From Vulcanimicrobiota bacterium (GTDB lineage Bacteria; Vulcanimicrobiota; Vulcanimicrobiia; Vulcanimicrobiales; Vulcanimicrobiaceae): a DNA stretch of 64,000 nucleotides. Positions 62,821 to 64,000 of this stretch are shown here, piece by piece. The notes beneath the pieces were generated by a model. It was not told the origin of the DNA. It saw only the letters and a program-made list of their open reading frames with translations, and did not search any database. Within the stretch, counting starts at the first letter, position 1. The number at the start of each line of letters is the position of its first letter. Position numbers and translations under genes: made by a program. The DNA is taken from the NCBI GenBank assembly GCA_963777315.1, contig CAVZQC010000004.1, positions 320,001 to 384,000 of the forward strand, written 5' to 3'.

Positions 62821-63747
62821 ATGACCGTATTGGATATGCCGCAAGGCGCAAGCATCGAAGTACGCGAGCGCCGCGATAACTACGCCAAGTTCGTGATCGA
62901 GCCGCTGGAACGCGGCTTCGGCATCACGCTCGGCAACGCGCTGCGGCGGATACTGCTCAGTTCCATCCCCGGAGCCGCCGTCACGTACATGAAGATCGAC
63001 GGTGTGCTGCACGAATTTTCGACCATCCCGGGAATCGTCGAAGACACCATCGCCCTGATGCTCAATCTCAAGGGCCTGCCCGTCAAGCTCAACACCGACG
63101 AACCCAAAGTGCTCACGCTCAGCGCGGGCGGCGAAAAGGAAGTGACCGCAGCCGATATCGCACCCGACGCCGACGTCGAGGTGCTGGATCCCGGCTATCA
63201 CATCGCTACGCTGTCTTCCAAGTCCGCCAAGCTCTCGATGGAGATCGGCATAGAAACCGGGCGCGGTTACGTTACGGCCGATCGCCAGCGCAACGTCGAG
63301 CACATGATCGGGCTCATCCCGCTGGACTCGATCTTCTCGCCCATCCGCAAAGTCAACTTCACGGTAGACGATACGCGCGTGGGTCAGAACGTGGACTTCG
63401 ACCGCCTTACCATCGAAATGGAAACCAACGGCTCGGTGACGCCCGACGAGGCGCTGGCCACAGCAGCCCAGATCATGCAAGAGCAGCTGGACTTGTTCGT
63501 CGACTTCACCAACGAAGAGAAGCCGTTGCCTCAGGCGCCGACCAGCGAATGGGACATTCCGGTCGAAACGCTCAACCTTTCCGTGCGCTCCTTCAATTGC
63601 CTCAAACGAGCGGGAATCTCCAAGGTTTCCGAATTGCTCGACATGAGTGAGGACGAGATCATCAAAATGCGCAACTTCGGCAAGAAGTCGCTGGACGAGA
63701 TCAAGCAAGTTCTCGAAGAACGCGGCCTCTCGCTGCGCCCGTCATGA
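62821..63747 (+). CDS. rpoA: RNA polymerase alpha subunit
   Basis: EPLERGFGITLGNALRR, SVRSFNCLKRAG, NFGKKSLDEI. Confidence 0.98.
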   Translation: MTVLDMPQGASIEVRERRDNYAKFVIEPLERGFGITLGNALRRILLSSIPGAAVTYMKIDGVLHEFSTIPGIVEDTIALMLNLKGLPVKLNTDEPKVLTLSAGGEKEVTAADIAPDADVEVLDPGYHIATLSSKSAKLSMEIGIETGRGYVTADRQRNVEHMIGLIPLDSIFSPIRKVNFTVDDTRVGQNVDFDRLTIEMETNGSVTPDEALATAAQIMQEQLDLFVDFTNEEKPLPQAPTSEWDIPVETLNLSVRSFNCLKRAGISKVSELLDMSEDEIIKMRNFGKKSLDEIKQVLEERGLSLRPS

Positions 63748-63784
63748 GAATCACTGGACGATTTTACTAATGGAAGCACTGTAG

Positions 63785-64000
63785 ATGCCGCACCAAATCG
63801 CGTACAAACGACTTTCGCGCACGGACGCGCACCGCAAAGCCCTGCTGCGCAATCTGGCGACGTCGTTTTTCAAACACGAGAAAATCGAAACGACCTCGGC
63901 CAAAGCCAAAGAAGTCGGTAAAGTCGTCGAGCGCCTCATCACCACGGCGGCCCGGGGCGATCTGCACTCGCGCCGCTTGATCGCGCAATACATTACGGAA
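63785..64000 (+). CDS. rplQ: 50S ribosomal protein L17 (partial, runs off window)
   Basis: MPHQIAYKRLSRTDAHRKALLRNLATSFFKHEKIETTSAKAKE. Confidence 0.95.
   Translation, partial: MPHQIAYKRLSRTDAHRKALLRNLATSFFKHEKIETTSAKAKEVGKVVERLITTAARGDLHSRRLIAQYITE

Overview
High-GC bacterial chromosome segment. Gene content and ribosomal-protein features suggest Candidatus Eremiobacterota/Vulcanimicrobiota, which is an inference. 1-13 kb: a putative N-methylamine catabolic cluster (two divergent Rieske oxygenases, SolA-type oxidase, APC permease) and the first half of a 2-aminobenzoyl-CoA (abm-type) pathway. 13.1-18.4 kb: an AT-richer island with a degraded IS3 (intact IRs and target duplication, splitting a ~206-aa gene), an IS5-family element carrying a passenger VOC gene, and a probable orphan toxin/immunity pair. 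18.4-31 kb: envelope genes, a membrane protein with a PmoC/AmoC-like D-x3-H-x12-H motif, the rest of the abm pathway and transporters. 31-64 kb: the str-S10-spc-alpha ribosomal superoperon, broken twice by ~5.7 and ~7 kb of unrelated genes, with each block preceded by a clear sigma70 promoter; rpmD and infA are missing from their usual places. Most notable: nine intergenic spacers of the ribosomal operon are filled by tiny 'bridge' ORFs whose start and stop codons overlap, abut or lie within a few nt of the flanking genes' stop and start codons. Two of these spacers (rpsS-rplV, rpsQ-rplN) have expanded into tandem arrays of highly structured 126-127 bp units that share a conserved 3' hairpin+RBS motif and still preserve the coupling. 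Several single-base insertions in essential genes indicate probable sequencing/assembly errors.
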